Source: Nitratidesulfovibrio sp. 1201_IL3209 | Lineage (GTDB): Bacteria; Desulfobacterota; Desulfovibrionia; Desulfovibrionales; Desulfovibrionaceae | Length of the DNA stretch: 24,000 bases | NCBI RefSeq assembly: GCF_036763125.1 | Contig: NZ_JBAIYT010000015.1 | Coordinates: forward strand, 1,317-25,316 | Reading direction: 5' to 3' | Shown here: piece after piece, positions 7,168-14,972 of the stretch | Layout: the number at the start of each line of letters is the position of its first letter | Position numbering within the stretch: position 1 is the first letter of the stretch | The notes under the pieces: model-generated | Told to the model about the DNA's origin: nothing | Database searches by the model: none | The model's input: only the letters and a program-made list of their open reading frames with translations | Program-made: the position numbers and the translations under genes

Positions 7168-7207
7168 GTGACTGGTCGTGACCGGCCATGACTGGTCGTG
7201 GCTGGCC
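7168..7207. repeat. Two tandem 20-bp direct repeats in the divergent intergenic region
   Basis: gtgactggtcgtgaccggcc / atgactggtcgtggctggcc, 17/20 identical. An additional accggcc precedes them at 7161..7167. Confidence 0.75.
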
Positions 7208-7314
7208 GGGATCGGCCCGCGCATCCCTGTTGCGGCCGTGCGCGGGGTGCGGTAAGCGACGGCAAGCCAAGGACGACCACGGGCGCCCGCGCCCCATCCA
7301 CAGGAGACCATTCC

Positions 7315-7839
7315 ATGAAATACGGCAGCAAGGTGGCGGCCCGCGTCGAGGAACTGCTGCGCGAGCAACTCGAGGAACTGGGCGAGGACCCCGGCGCCAT
7401 CGGCGCACATGACATCGCGGCGCACATGCGCTGCGAGATATGGCCCGACGACACCATGATCTACATCTGGAAGGAAACCCCCATCCTGCGCGTGTCCTCG
7501 GAACAGCACGACGACGGCAGCGTGACCTGGCGCATGTTCACCCGTGACGACGAAGGCGACGGCTTCGCCTCCGATCCGGCCGGCAGCCTGACCCGCGACG
7601 ACGGCCCCCTGCTGGACATGGACCGCGCCTGCGCTTCCCGCGCCGCCGCCCACGGTGAGGACGAGGACGACGACGAGGATGACGACGACGATCTGGACGA
7701 GGACATCCTGTCCGCCCTGCTGGACGACGAGGATTCCGGCAACGACGACCTCGGCGACGAGGACGACGAGGATGATGGCGACGAGGATGACGGCGACGGG
7801 GGCGATGACCGCCGCAACGGCGGCTACCCGGTGCAGTAG
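7315..7839 (+). CDS. Hypothetical protein with extremely acidic (poly-Asp/Glu) C-terminal tail, 174 aa
   Basis: Good SD AGGAGA at 7302..7307, 7 nt before the ATG. The N-terminal ~100 aa have ordinary composition. The C-terminal ~60 aa are D/E-rich (EDEDDDEDDDDDLDEDIL...DEDDEDDGDEDDGDGGDD). I recognise no family. Confidence 0.7.
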   Translation: MKYGSKVAARVEELLREQLEELGEDPGAIGAHDIAAHMRCEIWPDDTMIYIWKETPILRVSSEQHDDGSVTWRMFTRDDEGDGFASDPAGSLTRDDGPLLDMDRACASRAAAHGEDEDDDEDDDDDLDEDILSALLDDEDSGNDDLGDEDDEDDGDEDDGDGGDDRRNGGYPVQ

Positions 7840-7898
7840 CGCCGGGACCGGCGCCGGATTGCCGGGCGGCCGCGCGCCGCTCCGCGCGCATGCAGCGA

Positions 7899-7924
7899 AA
7901 GGGGACGCCTTGCGGCGTCCCCTT
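7899..7924. terminator. Hairpin terminator shared by convergent genes
   Basis: aaggggacgcc-ttgc-ggcgtcccctt gives an 11-bp stem. T-containing tracts follow on both strands (ttcctgcgttctg on plus, tttcgctg on minus). It lies between the acidic-protein gene and the HD-GYP gene. Confidence 0.6.
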
Positions 7925-8017
7925 CCTGCGTTCTGCCGATGGTCGCGGCCGTGCGCCATCCATGCGGAACGGCGCCAGTGCCGAAGGCCCCGTACGGCGG
8001 CGCGGCCCGCTGCCGCC

Positions 8018-9274
8018 TCAGCGCCCGATGTGACGGGTGAACTTGCTGCGCGCCTTGCCCTGCGCCGCCGCCGAAATGTCGATGATCTCGTCGCGCCGCG
8101 ATTCCAGCGTGGCCACCACCGCCTTGTCCAGCAGGCCCCGGCGTACGCCGTCGCGCAGCACGTCGACGATCTCGTCGCGGCGCATGCCCGCCCGGTAGGG
8201 CCGGTCCTCGGCCAGGGCGGTGCACATGTCCGCCACGGCCATGATCCGCGAGCCGATGCTCAGTCCGCCCGCCCCGATGCGGAAGGGATAGCCCGAGCCG
8301 TCGAGCTTCTCGTGGTGGAAGGCCGCCCATTCGGCGATGCCGCCAAGCCCCTTCATGGAATTGAGCACCAGGTAGGTGTGGTAGGTGTGCTGGCGCATGA
8401 CCGCGAATTCCTCGTCGGACAGGGGACCCGCCTTTTCCAGAATGGCGTTGGGCACCACCATCTTGCCGAGGTCGTGCAGGTTGCCCGCGATCTCCAGCAG
8501 GCGCGCCTCGGGCTCGGGCAGGCCGAAGGCCCGCGCCAGCGCCCCGGCCGAGGCGGAAACCCCGGCGGAATGGGTGGCGGTAAACGGGGAGCGGAAGTCG
8601 ATGATCTCGCGCACCAGCAGCGACCACATGCGCACGCCGTCCAGGTCCAGTTGCAGGCGGCGGCAGGGGTTGCGCTCGCTGAGAAAGGCGAACAGGCGCG
8701 GCGAGACGAGATTCAGCCAGAACTCGTCGCGGCCGGAAACCAGCAAGAAGGCTTCCACCACCCGGCGGTCGATGGCGCAGCCCGACATGCGGCGGATTCC
8801 GGCGGTGAGGTCGTCGTGCTGGTGCAGCACGTAGATGCGCCGGTCCATGGACCGTTCCAGCGTGTCGGCAAGCAGGACGATCTGGGCCAGCAGGCCCACG
8901 CGCGGATCCGGGCCGTGCGCCTCCAACTCCGGCAGGGTGGCGTGATGCAGGCGCACCACCTCGGCGGCCTCGGCCAGGCCCGGCCCCTGGGCCAGCAGCC
9001 CCGCGCCCACGGCGCAGTGCTCGTCCATGTTCTCCACGCGCGAGGCGCGCACGTCCAGCTTGTCTTCCGGCGACAGCGCGCCCACGTCGTGCAGCAGCGA
9101 TGCGATGAACAGCGTTTCCTTGTCCTTCTGCGGCAGGTCCAGCGCCTCCGCCAGTTCCCATGCCACGAAGGCGACCCGCAACTGATGCTGCGACAACGAA
9201 GGGCTCGCAAGGTCGAGCGCCTCCGAAATGGACAACAGCATGTCCGACAGGTCCACCGTAATCCCCGAATACAT
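8018..9274 (-). CDS. HD-GYP domain protein (probable c-di-GMP phosphodiesterase) with an extra N-terminal HD-like domain, 418 aa
   Basis: C-terminal HDLGKMVVP ... HHEKLDGSGYP, the canonical HD-GYP signature. The N-terminal half carries LLHDVGAL with no GYP. ATG at 9274 (MYSGITV) is preceded by a GGGGGGA SD-like run. Confidence 0.88.
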   Translation of the reverse strand: MYSGITVDLSDMLLSISEALDLASPSLSQHQLRVAFVAWELAEALDLPQKDKETLFIASLLHDVGALSPEDKLDVRASRVENMDEHCAVGAGLLAQGPGLAEAAEVVRLHHATLPELEAHGPDPRVGLLAQIVLLADTLERSMDRRIYVLHQHDDLTAGIRRMSGCAIDRRVVEAFLLVSGRDEFWLNLVSPRLFAFLSERNPCRRLQLDLDGVRMWSLLVREIIDFRSPFTATHSAGVSASAGALARAFGLPEPEARLLEIAGNLHDLGKMVVPNAILEKAGPLSDEEFAVMRQHTYHTYLVLNSMKGLGGIAEWAAFHHEKLDGSGYPFRIGAGGLSIGSRIMAVADMCTALAEDRPYRAGMRRDEIVDVLRDGVRRGLLDKAVVATLESRRDEIIDISAAAQGKARSKFTRHIGR

Positions 9275-9381
9275 GGTCCCCCCGGCACTGTCCCGGCAAC
9301 ACGGGGCCACTCGGACCCCGTTGCGCATGCGCCCGCCGCGTCACGATCCCCGATGGCGGCCGACAACATTGATGGTCATAT

Positions 9382-9411
9382 ACTTTATCGGCGAGCAAAT
9401 GGCGGTGTCAA
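9382..9411 (-). promoter_or_regulatory. Candidate sigma70-type promoter for the HD-GYP gene
   Basis: The minus strand reads TTGACA (9411..9406), an 18-nt spacer, then TAAAGT (9387..9382). It sits in the only AT-richer patch of this intergenic region, about 100 nt upstream of the start codon. Confidence 0.4.
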
Positions 9412-9456
9412 CAAGCAAATGACGATGTACCGGATTCATCGCACCCCGGCCGGGAA

Positions 9457-9520
9457 CGGCAATGAAGAGGGGCCGGAAGCTGTCGCTTCCGGCCCCGTTG
9501 CAGGCGCGATTTCATTGCCG
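9457..9520 (-). terminator. Compound hairpin, probable intrinsic terminator of gltX
   Basis: Inner 12-bp stem ggggccggaagc/gcttccggcccc (9469..9496) with a 4-nt loop. On the minus strand it is followed by UCUUCAUU. An outer 10-bp stem cggcaatgaa/ttcattgccg (9457..9466 / 9511..9520) encloses it. It starts 14 nt after the gltX stop. Confidence 0.6.
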
Positions 9521-9533
9521 GTGCGGCGGGTTT

Positions 9534-10928
9534 CTAGCCCAGCGTTGCCGCCCGGTCGAGCCTGGCCAGGGTTTCGGCCCGGCCCAGCACTTCCATGATC
9601 TCGGGCAGGCCGGGGCCGCCCAGCGAGCCCGCCAGGGCCACACGCAGCGGCGGCCCCACCTGCTTGAACTTCAGGCCGCCCTGCTCCACATAGTCGTGCA
9701 CCACCTTTTCCAGCGCGGCCTTGTCGAAGGGCTCGGCCTTTTCCAGCAGCCCGCGCAGGGCCGCCACGTGGGCCTTGCCCTCGGCGGTCAGGGCCTTGGC
9801 CACGGCGGCGGGGTCGTGGTCCAGCGCGGCGGCGTCCACCAGCATGAAGCGCATCACCTTGGCGAGGTCGGCCAGGTTCGAGGCGCGCTCGCGGAACAGG
9901 GGCGCCAGCGCGGCCAGCCGTTCCGGGGCCGCGTCGAAGCCTTCCGCCTTCACGAAGGGCGCGGCCAGGCGGGCCAGTTCGTCCACCGGGGTCTCGCGCA
10001 GGTAGTGGGCGTTCAGCCACTGCAACTTGTCCGGGTCGAAGGCGGCGGGGGCGCTGTTCAGGTTGTCGGTGGTGAACTTTTCCACCAGTTCCGGCAGCGC
10101 GAAGATTTCCTGATCGCCGAACGACCAGCCTAGGCGCACCAGATAGTTCACCAGCGCCTGGGGCAGCAGGCCGTCCTGCTCGTACTCGATGACCGCGCGC
10201 GCGCCGTGGCGCTTGGACAGCTTCTTCTTGTCCGGACCAAGGATCATGGGCACGTGGCCGAACACCGGCAACGGCAGCCCCAGGGCCTGGTAGATCAGCA
10301 CCTGCTTGGGCGTGTTGGACACGTGGTCGTCGCCGCGCAGCACGTGGGTGACGCCCATGGCGGCGTCGTCCACCACCACGGCCATGTTGTAGGTGGGCGT
10401 GCCGTCGGCCCGGCGCAGCACCATGTCGTCCAGTTCCGCCGCGTCGAAGGCCAGGGCGCCCTTCACCACGTCCTCGAACACCACGCGGCCGGTCAGCGGG
10501 GCCTTCAGCCGCACCACCCGGCCGGGGCCGGGGCCAAGGCCCCGCTCGCGGCAGCGCCCGTCGTACTTGGGCTTCAGGCCGCGCGCCCGCGCCGTTTCGC
10601 GCATCTGCTCCACCTCTTCGGGCGAACATTCGCACCAGTAGGCGTGGCCGGTTTCCAGCATGCGGTCGATGTAGCCGTTGTAGATGTCGAAGCGCCTGCT
10701 CTGGTAGATGGGCTCGCCGTCCCAGTCCAGGCCCAGCCAGCGCATGGAGGCCAGGATGGAGTCGGTGTACTCCTGCAGCGAGCGCTCCTGGTCGGTGTCC
10801 TCGATGCGCAGCAGAAAGGTGCCGCCGAAGTGGCGGGCCAGCAGCCAGTTGAAGATGGCGGTGCGCGCCCCGCCGATGTGCAGGTGCCCGGTGGGGCTCG
10901 GCGCGAAGCGCGTGACGACCTTGGTCAT
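9534..10928 (-). CDS. gltX: Glutamyl-tRNA synthetase, 464 aa
   Basis: MTKVVTRFAPSPTGHLHIGGARTA (class I HIGH motif), LLRIEDTD, and KLSKR (KMSKS motif). SD GGGGAGA lies upstream of ATG 10928. Confidence 0.96.
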   Translation of the reverse strand: MTKVVTRFAPSPTGHLHIGGARTAIFNWLLARHFGGTFLLRIEDTDQERSLQEYTDSILASMRWLGLDWDGEPIYQSRRFDIYNGYIDRMLETGHAYWCECSPEEVEQMRETARARGLKPKYDGRCRERGLGPGPGRVVRLKAPLTGRVVFEDVVKGALAFDAAELDDMVLRRADGTPTYNMAVVVDDAAMGVTHVLRGDDHVSNTPKQVLIYQALGLPLPVFGHVPMILGPDKKKLSKRHGARAVIEYEQDGLLPQALVNYLVRLGWSFGDQEIFALPELVEKFTTDNLNSAPAAFDPDKLQWLNAHYLRETPVDELARLAAPFVKAEGFDAAPERLAALAPLFRERASNLADLAKVMRFMLVDAAALDHDPAAVAKALTAEGKAHVAALRGLLEKAEPFDKAALEKVVHDYVEQGGLKFKQVGPPLRVALAGSLGGPGLPEIMEVLGRAETLARLDRAATLG

Positions 10929-11020
10929 GATGTTCTCCCCGTTCTTCGGGTATCGTTGATGGCGTGGGATGCCGCACGCGCGGCCGGGAAGACGAAAGGA
11001 ACGGGAGCGCGGCGCGGAGG

Positions 11021-11254
11021 CTACACGGCCTCGACGCACTTCACCTCGGGCACTTCCTTCAACACCATGCGTTCCACGCCGCCCTTCAGGGTCTGCTGCG
11101 ACATGGGACAGCCCTTGCACGCGCCGGTCAGGCGCACGCGGACCACGCCGTCGGCGGTGATGTCCACCAGTTCGACGTCGCCTCCGTCGCCTTGGAGATA
11201 GGGACGGACCTTGTCGAGGGCGGCCTGCACCCTTTCGCGGATGGCATCGGACAT
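11021..11254 (-). CDS. NifU C-terminal domain (Nfu-type) Fe-S cluster scaffold/carrier protein, 77 aa
   Basis: VRPYLQGDGGDVELV ... GACKGCPMS CxxC motif, typical of Nfu/NifU-C. Strong SD AGGAGG before ATG 11254. The rest of the 390-aa track ORF overlaps the next gene out of frame. Confidence 0.88.
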   Translation of the reverse strand: MSDAIRERVQAALDKVRPYLQGDGGDVELVDITADGVVRVRLTGACKGCPMSQQTLKGGVERMVLKEVPEVKCVEAV

Positions 11255-11322
11255 GGAAACCTCCTGAAGTTTCCCCACGGGGGGCGGATGGCGCGCCCCG
11301 CAGGGGCGGCGGACGCCGCGCC

Positions 11323-11352
11323 CTTCTACTGCCTTCGGCGGCGGGGTGTCAA
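11323..11352 (-). promoter_or_regulatory. Weak candidate promoter for the Nfu/gltX genes
   Basis: The minus strand reads TTGACA (11352..11347), an 18-nt spacer, then TAGAAG (11328..11323). The -10 is poor. Confidence 0.25.
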
Positions 11353-11445
11353 ACCACGGGCGGGGTTGGCGCGGCCATGCGGAATCCGGGCACCGCCGCA
11401 TGCCGGGGGTGCGGGGGACGCCGGAGGCGCACGAAAGACTCCGTC

Positions 11446-12345
11446 CTAGGCCGGGGCCACGTCCACCGCGAACTTCTTCAAAAAGCCCACGGGATTGTAG
11501 CTTTCCTTGGCCTGCCGCAGGCCCATGTCGTCCAGGTCCTGCTCGCGGTTGATGTACCGGAAGCTCATGGCGTGCTCGCGCGCGTACAGGTTGTTGATGG
11601 CCTGGTACACGCCGCGATACTCCGGCTTGGCCTTCTCGAAGTGCACCACCAGGGTCTCGTCGTCCAGCCGTTCGCCCACGGTGTAGGCGATCATCTTCCC
11701 GTCCACGTACAGCGCCCCGCCGGAAAGCCCGGGAATCCTGTCCCAGTGCTCCAGCACCCTGCGCACGGCGGTGTTCTCCGCCACCAGCGCGTGCGATTCG
11801 TCGCACTCGCGCCACTTGCACCATTCCTCCTGCATGTCCAGAACCGCCTCGATGCAGTCCGGCGTCATGGGGTGGTACTCGTGCGGATAGGCCTTCAGAA
11901 AGCCGTTCACGTGGTTCTTCTTCTTGTGGAACCTGTTGCCCTTCAGTTCCGCCAGATCCTGCGCGGCATACAGGTAGTCCCACTGGCCGCGCGCCTCGGC
12001 CAGCGCCACCCGGTCGCCCAGGGTCCGCTGCCAGTGCGCGGCCAGCGACTCGGGCACGCGGATGAACCGGGCGCCCGCGCCCAGCAGCGCGCACCGGCTC
12101 CAGTCCGCATCCAGCCACGGCCCCACGGGCGCCCACCATACGGGTTCCGGCCTGGTCTGGCGCAGCCAGCACAACCCGTGCGCAAAGGTCCATTCCAGGC
12201 CGTAGTATTCGGCCCAGCCCCAGACGTTGGTGAAACTGTAGTCCGACGCGCGCTGCGGCGTGCGGGCGAAAAGGTCGAGGTACTCGGCCATGCGGTCGAG
12301 CGAGACGGGCCGGAACTCTCCGGGGGTCAACTCACTGTCGGTCAT
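11446..12345 (-). CDS. DUF2156 (MprF C-terminal / LPG-synthase_C-like, tandem GNAT fold) domain protein, 299 aa
   Basis: Motifs I associate with standalone DUF2156 proteins: GNRFHKKKNHVNGF, EEWC, FEKA...GVYQ, DLDDMGLRQAKESYNP. SD AAGGAG sits 9 nt before ATG 12345. The start overlaps the upstream MATE gene by 14 nt. Confidence 0.72.
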   Translation of the reverse strand: MTDSELTPGEFRPVSLDRMAEYLDLFARTPQRASDYSFTNVWGWAEYYGLEWTFAHGLCWLRQTRPEPVWWAPVGPWLDADWSRCALLGAGARFIRVPESLAAHWQRTLGDRVALAEARGQWDYLYAAQDLAELKGNRFHKKKNHVNGFLKAYPHEYHPMTPDCIEAVLDMQEEWCKWRECDESHALVAENTAVRRVLEHWDRIPGLSGGALYVDGKMIAYTVGERLDDETLVVHFEKAKPEYRGVYQAINNLYAREHAMSFRYINREQDLDDMGLRQAKESYNPVGFLKKFAVDVAPA

Positions 12346-13753
12346 GCGAGGCAACTCCTTGTGGCGCGGCCTTGCGGCCGTTGCGCCGGATCATGCTGAA
12401 CCGGCTCCAGTCACGCGTGCAGAACAGCCACAGCATGACCGAAGACTGGAACACCTGGGAAACGAACATGGCGAGGAATATCCCCGCCGCATCCCGCCAC
12501 ACCACGTGGCCCATGACCCATGCCAGCGGCAGCCGCACGAACCACGTGGCCGAACCGTACACCAGGAAGGAATACAGGGTGGCGCCCGCGCCGGTCATGA
12601 CCCCGCCAAGGGTCATGCTGGCCACGGTGAAGGGGATGGAGACGAGGTTGTAGCGCAGATAGCTGACCACCTGGACGGCCACGGCGGGTTCCGGGGCCAG
12701 CCAGGCGGCGATGTCGGCCGTCCAGGGCCAGAGCAGCACGGCGAACACGCTCATGGAGGCGCAGCCGATGCCCAGCAGGCGCAGGCTGACCCGGAAGGCT
12801 TCCGGCTTGCGGCCCGCGCCCAGCAGATGGCCCACCAGCACCGAGGCGGTCATGTTGAAGGCCAGCGCTGGCAGGAAGATGAACGATTCCACGCGCATGC
12901 CCGCCGTCATGCCCGCCAGGGCGGCCACGCTGCCCGCGGGCAGCGAGGCGGTGATGGAAAACAGCACCAGGTAGCCGAGGTTCCACATGATCTGGAGCCC
13001 GGCGGCGGGCGCGGCCACGCGGATGAGATAGGGCGCGCCGCGCCGCATCCAGCGCAGGGGAGGGAACGAGGCGCGTTGCAGCAGTTCCCGGTCGCGGACC
13101 AGCATGCCCACGTTCAGCGCGGCCCCGATCATGATGGCGACGAAGGTGGCCCAGGCCACCCCGGCATACCCGTAGGCGGGCAGGCCCCACAGCCCGAGGC
13201 CGAAGCCCAGGGTGGCCCCGGCGTTGACGGCGCAGACCACCACCATGGACACCAGCGGCGCGATCATGCGCTTGCGGGCGCGGAACACCGCCCCGGTGAT
13301 GGTGAACAGGTAGTTGGCGGGCAGGCCCAGCAGGTACACCTTCCAGAAGTAGGAGGCCACCGGCATGATGGGCTCGGGCACCTGCAACAGGCGCAGGAAG
13401 GGCTCGATGGTGGCTAGGCCCAGCAGCATGATGCCCACGCCCACCGTGCACCCGCCCGCCAGCACCATGCCCGCGTAGCGGCGCGCGCGCGGCAGCAGGC
13501 CCGCCCCCAGCGCCTGGCTGATGGCGGCAACCCCGGCGTTGGCACCGGCCACGGCCACCACCAGCAGAAAGAACAGACACTGCGAGACGAGGCCGATGGC
13601 GGCCTGCACCTCCGGCTGGATGCGGCCCGCCACCCAGACGTCGGTGAACCCGATGAGGAAATGGAAGACCATCATCAGCATCTGGGGCCATGTCAGCCGC
13701 CAGATGCCGCGATAGGAAGCGTCGTCGCCCTGCGGGCGCGCGTGCTGCGACAT
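12332..13753 (-). CDS. MATE-family (MOP superfamily) transporter, 473 aa
   Basis: About 12 hydrophobic segments. MATE-like N-terminus (IWRLTWPQMLMMVFHFLIGFTDVWVAGRI). Internal duplication-like second half. The start at ATG 13753 (MSQHARPQ) was chosen because the upstream extension is low-complexity. Confidence 0.85.
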   Translation of the reverse strand: MSQHARPQGDDASYRGIWRLTWPQMLMMVFHFLIGFTDVWVAGRIQPEVQAAIGLVSQCLFFLLVVAVAGANAGVAAISQALGAGLLPRARRYAGMVLAGGCTVGVGIMLLGLATIEPFLRLLQVPEPIMPVASYFWKVYLLGLPANYLFTITGAVFRARKRMIAPLVSMVVVCAVNAGATLGFGLGLWGLPAYGYAGVAWATFVAIMIGAALNVGMLVRDRELLQRASFPPLRWMRRGAPYLIRVAAPAAGLQIMWNLGYLVLFSITASLPAGSVAALAGMTAGMRVESFIFLPALAFNMTASVLVGHLLGAGRKPEAFRVSLRLLGIGCASMSVFAVLLWPWTADIAAWLAPEPAVAVQVVSYLRYNLVSIPFTVASMTLGGVMTGAGATLYSFLVYGSATWFVRLPLAWVMGHVVWRDAAGIFLAMFVSQVFQSSVMLWLFCTRDWSRFSMIRRNGRKAAPQGVASHDRQ

Positions 13754-13968
13754 CTCGTGCCGTCCGTTCGGTTCGGTGGTGGGCGTCGCACCCGCCCGCA
13801 GGCATGATCCGGCGCGGGCCAGGGGATGCGGCGTGCTGGCCGTGCCCGTGGCCGGACGCGCGAATCCCGTGGCCGCACCGGAAAACCGGGGGCCGACGGG
13901 AAGGCGCGCCGCCGCGCCCGGCGCCGGTGCGTCACACCTGCCGGGCGCGGCCACGAAGAGATAGGCGC

Positions 13969-14967
13969 TTACGGCCTGCTGTCAATGACGTCGCCCGCAT
14001 GCAGGCGATGTTCGTGGCCCTGGGCGTCCACCAGGCGCAGCAGGCCGTCGGGGTCCACGTCGGCCACCAGCCCTTCCACCACGCCGTGGGGCGTGCCCAC
14101 CCGCAGGGGGGTGCCCACGATGGCGGAAAGCTCCTTCCAGCGGGCGATGACCGGGCCGGGGTCGCCCTCGCGCAGGGCGGCGTACCAGTGTTCCGCCCGC
14201 TCCAGGAAGGCGCGCAGCACGTCCACCCGCGATACCGGGCGGCCCAGTTCCGCCGCCAGCGAGGTGGCCGTGGCGCGCAGTTCTTCGGGCAGGTCCCCGG
14301 CGCTGGTGTTCACGTTGATGCCCGCGCCGGTGACCACGTGGGACACCGTGTCGGCCACCAGCGCCACCTCGGTCAGGTTGCCCGACACCTTGCGGCCGTG
14401 CAGCAGCACGTCGTTGGGCCATTTGGCGCGCGGGGCAAGGCCGGTGACCTCGGCCACCGCCTCGGCCACGGCCACGGCGGTCATCAGGGTGACCAGCGGC
14501 GCGGCCTGCGGGGCAAGGCGCGGCCGCAGCACCAGCGAGACGTACACCCCCACCCCGGCGGGCGATGCCCAGGCCCGCCCGGCGCGCCCGCGCCCGGCGG
14601 TCTGTTCGGAAGCCGCCACCACGACGCCTTCGGGCGCCCCGCCAAGGGCCAGCAGCGCGGCCTCGCGGTTAGTGGAATCGGTGGAGCCGTGCAGGACGAA
14701 ATCGCCCCGGCCGAAACAGCCGGTGCGCAGCCCCTGCCGGACGGCGGCCACGGTGAGCACGTCGGCCTCGGCCAGCAGCCGGTAGCCCCGGCGGGTCATG
14801 GCCTCGATCTGGTGCCCTTCCGCGCGCAGCGCCCGCACGTGCTTGGCCACGGCGGCCCGGCTCACGCCGAGCAGCCGCGAAAGTTCCTCTCCCGATCGCC
14901 AGTTGCCGCCCGCTTCGCGCAACATGGCGAACACACGCCCCTTCGTGGTCGTCCTGTCAGTGTCCAC
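13969..14967 (-). CDS. birA: Bifunctional biotin-[acetyl-CoA-carboxylase] ligase / biotin operon repressor, 332 aa
   Basis: N-terminal winged HTH (SGEELSRLLGVSRAAVAKHVRALRAEG). Ligase core STNREA...EQTAGRGRAGRAW and KWPNDV. The start is uncertain: GTG 14967 lies only 5 nt from the operator and lacks an SD. An internal ATG at 14925 (MLREAGG) is the alternative. Confidence 0.88.
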   Translation of the reverse strand: MDTDRTTTKGRVFAMLREAGGNWRSGEELSRLLGVSRAAVAKHVRALRAEGHQIEAMTRRGYRLLAEADVLTVAAVRQGLRTGCFGRGDFVLHGSTDSTNREAALLALGGAPEGVVVAASEQTAGRGRAGRAWASPAGVGVYVSLVLRPRLAPQAAPLVTLMTAVAVAEAVAEVTGLAPRAKWPNDVLLHGRKVSGNLTEVALVADTVSHVVTGAGINVNTSAGDLPEELRATATSLAAELGRPVSRVDVLRAFLERAEHWYAALREGDPGPVIARWKELSAIVGTPLRVGTPHGVVEGLVADVDPDGLLRLVDAQGHEHRLHAGDVIDSRP

Positions 14968-14972
14968 GGCGA

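Noticed and set aside
6331-7959. 542-aa minus-strand ORF spanning hcpR (other frame), the intergenic repeats and the acidic-protein gene
   Set aside because: It crosses two confidently called genes and a promoter region. It is Arg/Gly/Pro-rich and shows no domain signature.
7655-9598. 647-aa plus-strand ORF antisense to the HD-GYP gene
   Set aside because: Antisense GC artefact that crosses a terminator hairpin and a promoter region.
9436-10977. 513-aa minus-strand ORF in an alternative frame of gltX
   Set aside because: Same strand but out of frame with a gene showing perfect HIGH/KMSKS motifs. The translation is Arg/Gly/Pro-rich low-complexity sequence.
11255-12193. Upstream 313 codons of the 390-aa ORF that ends as the Nfu protein
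   Set aside because: Only the last 77 aa show Nfu homology and have an AGGAGG SD. The remainder overlaps the DUF2156 gene out of frame.
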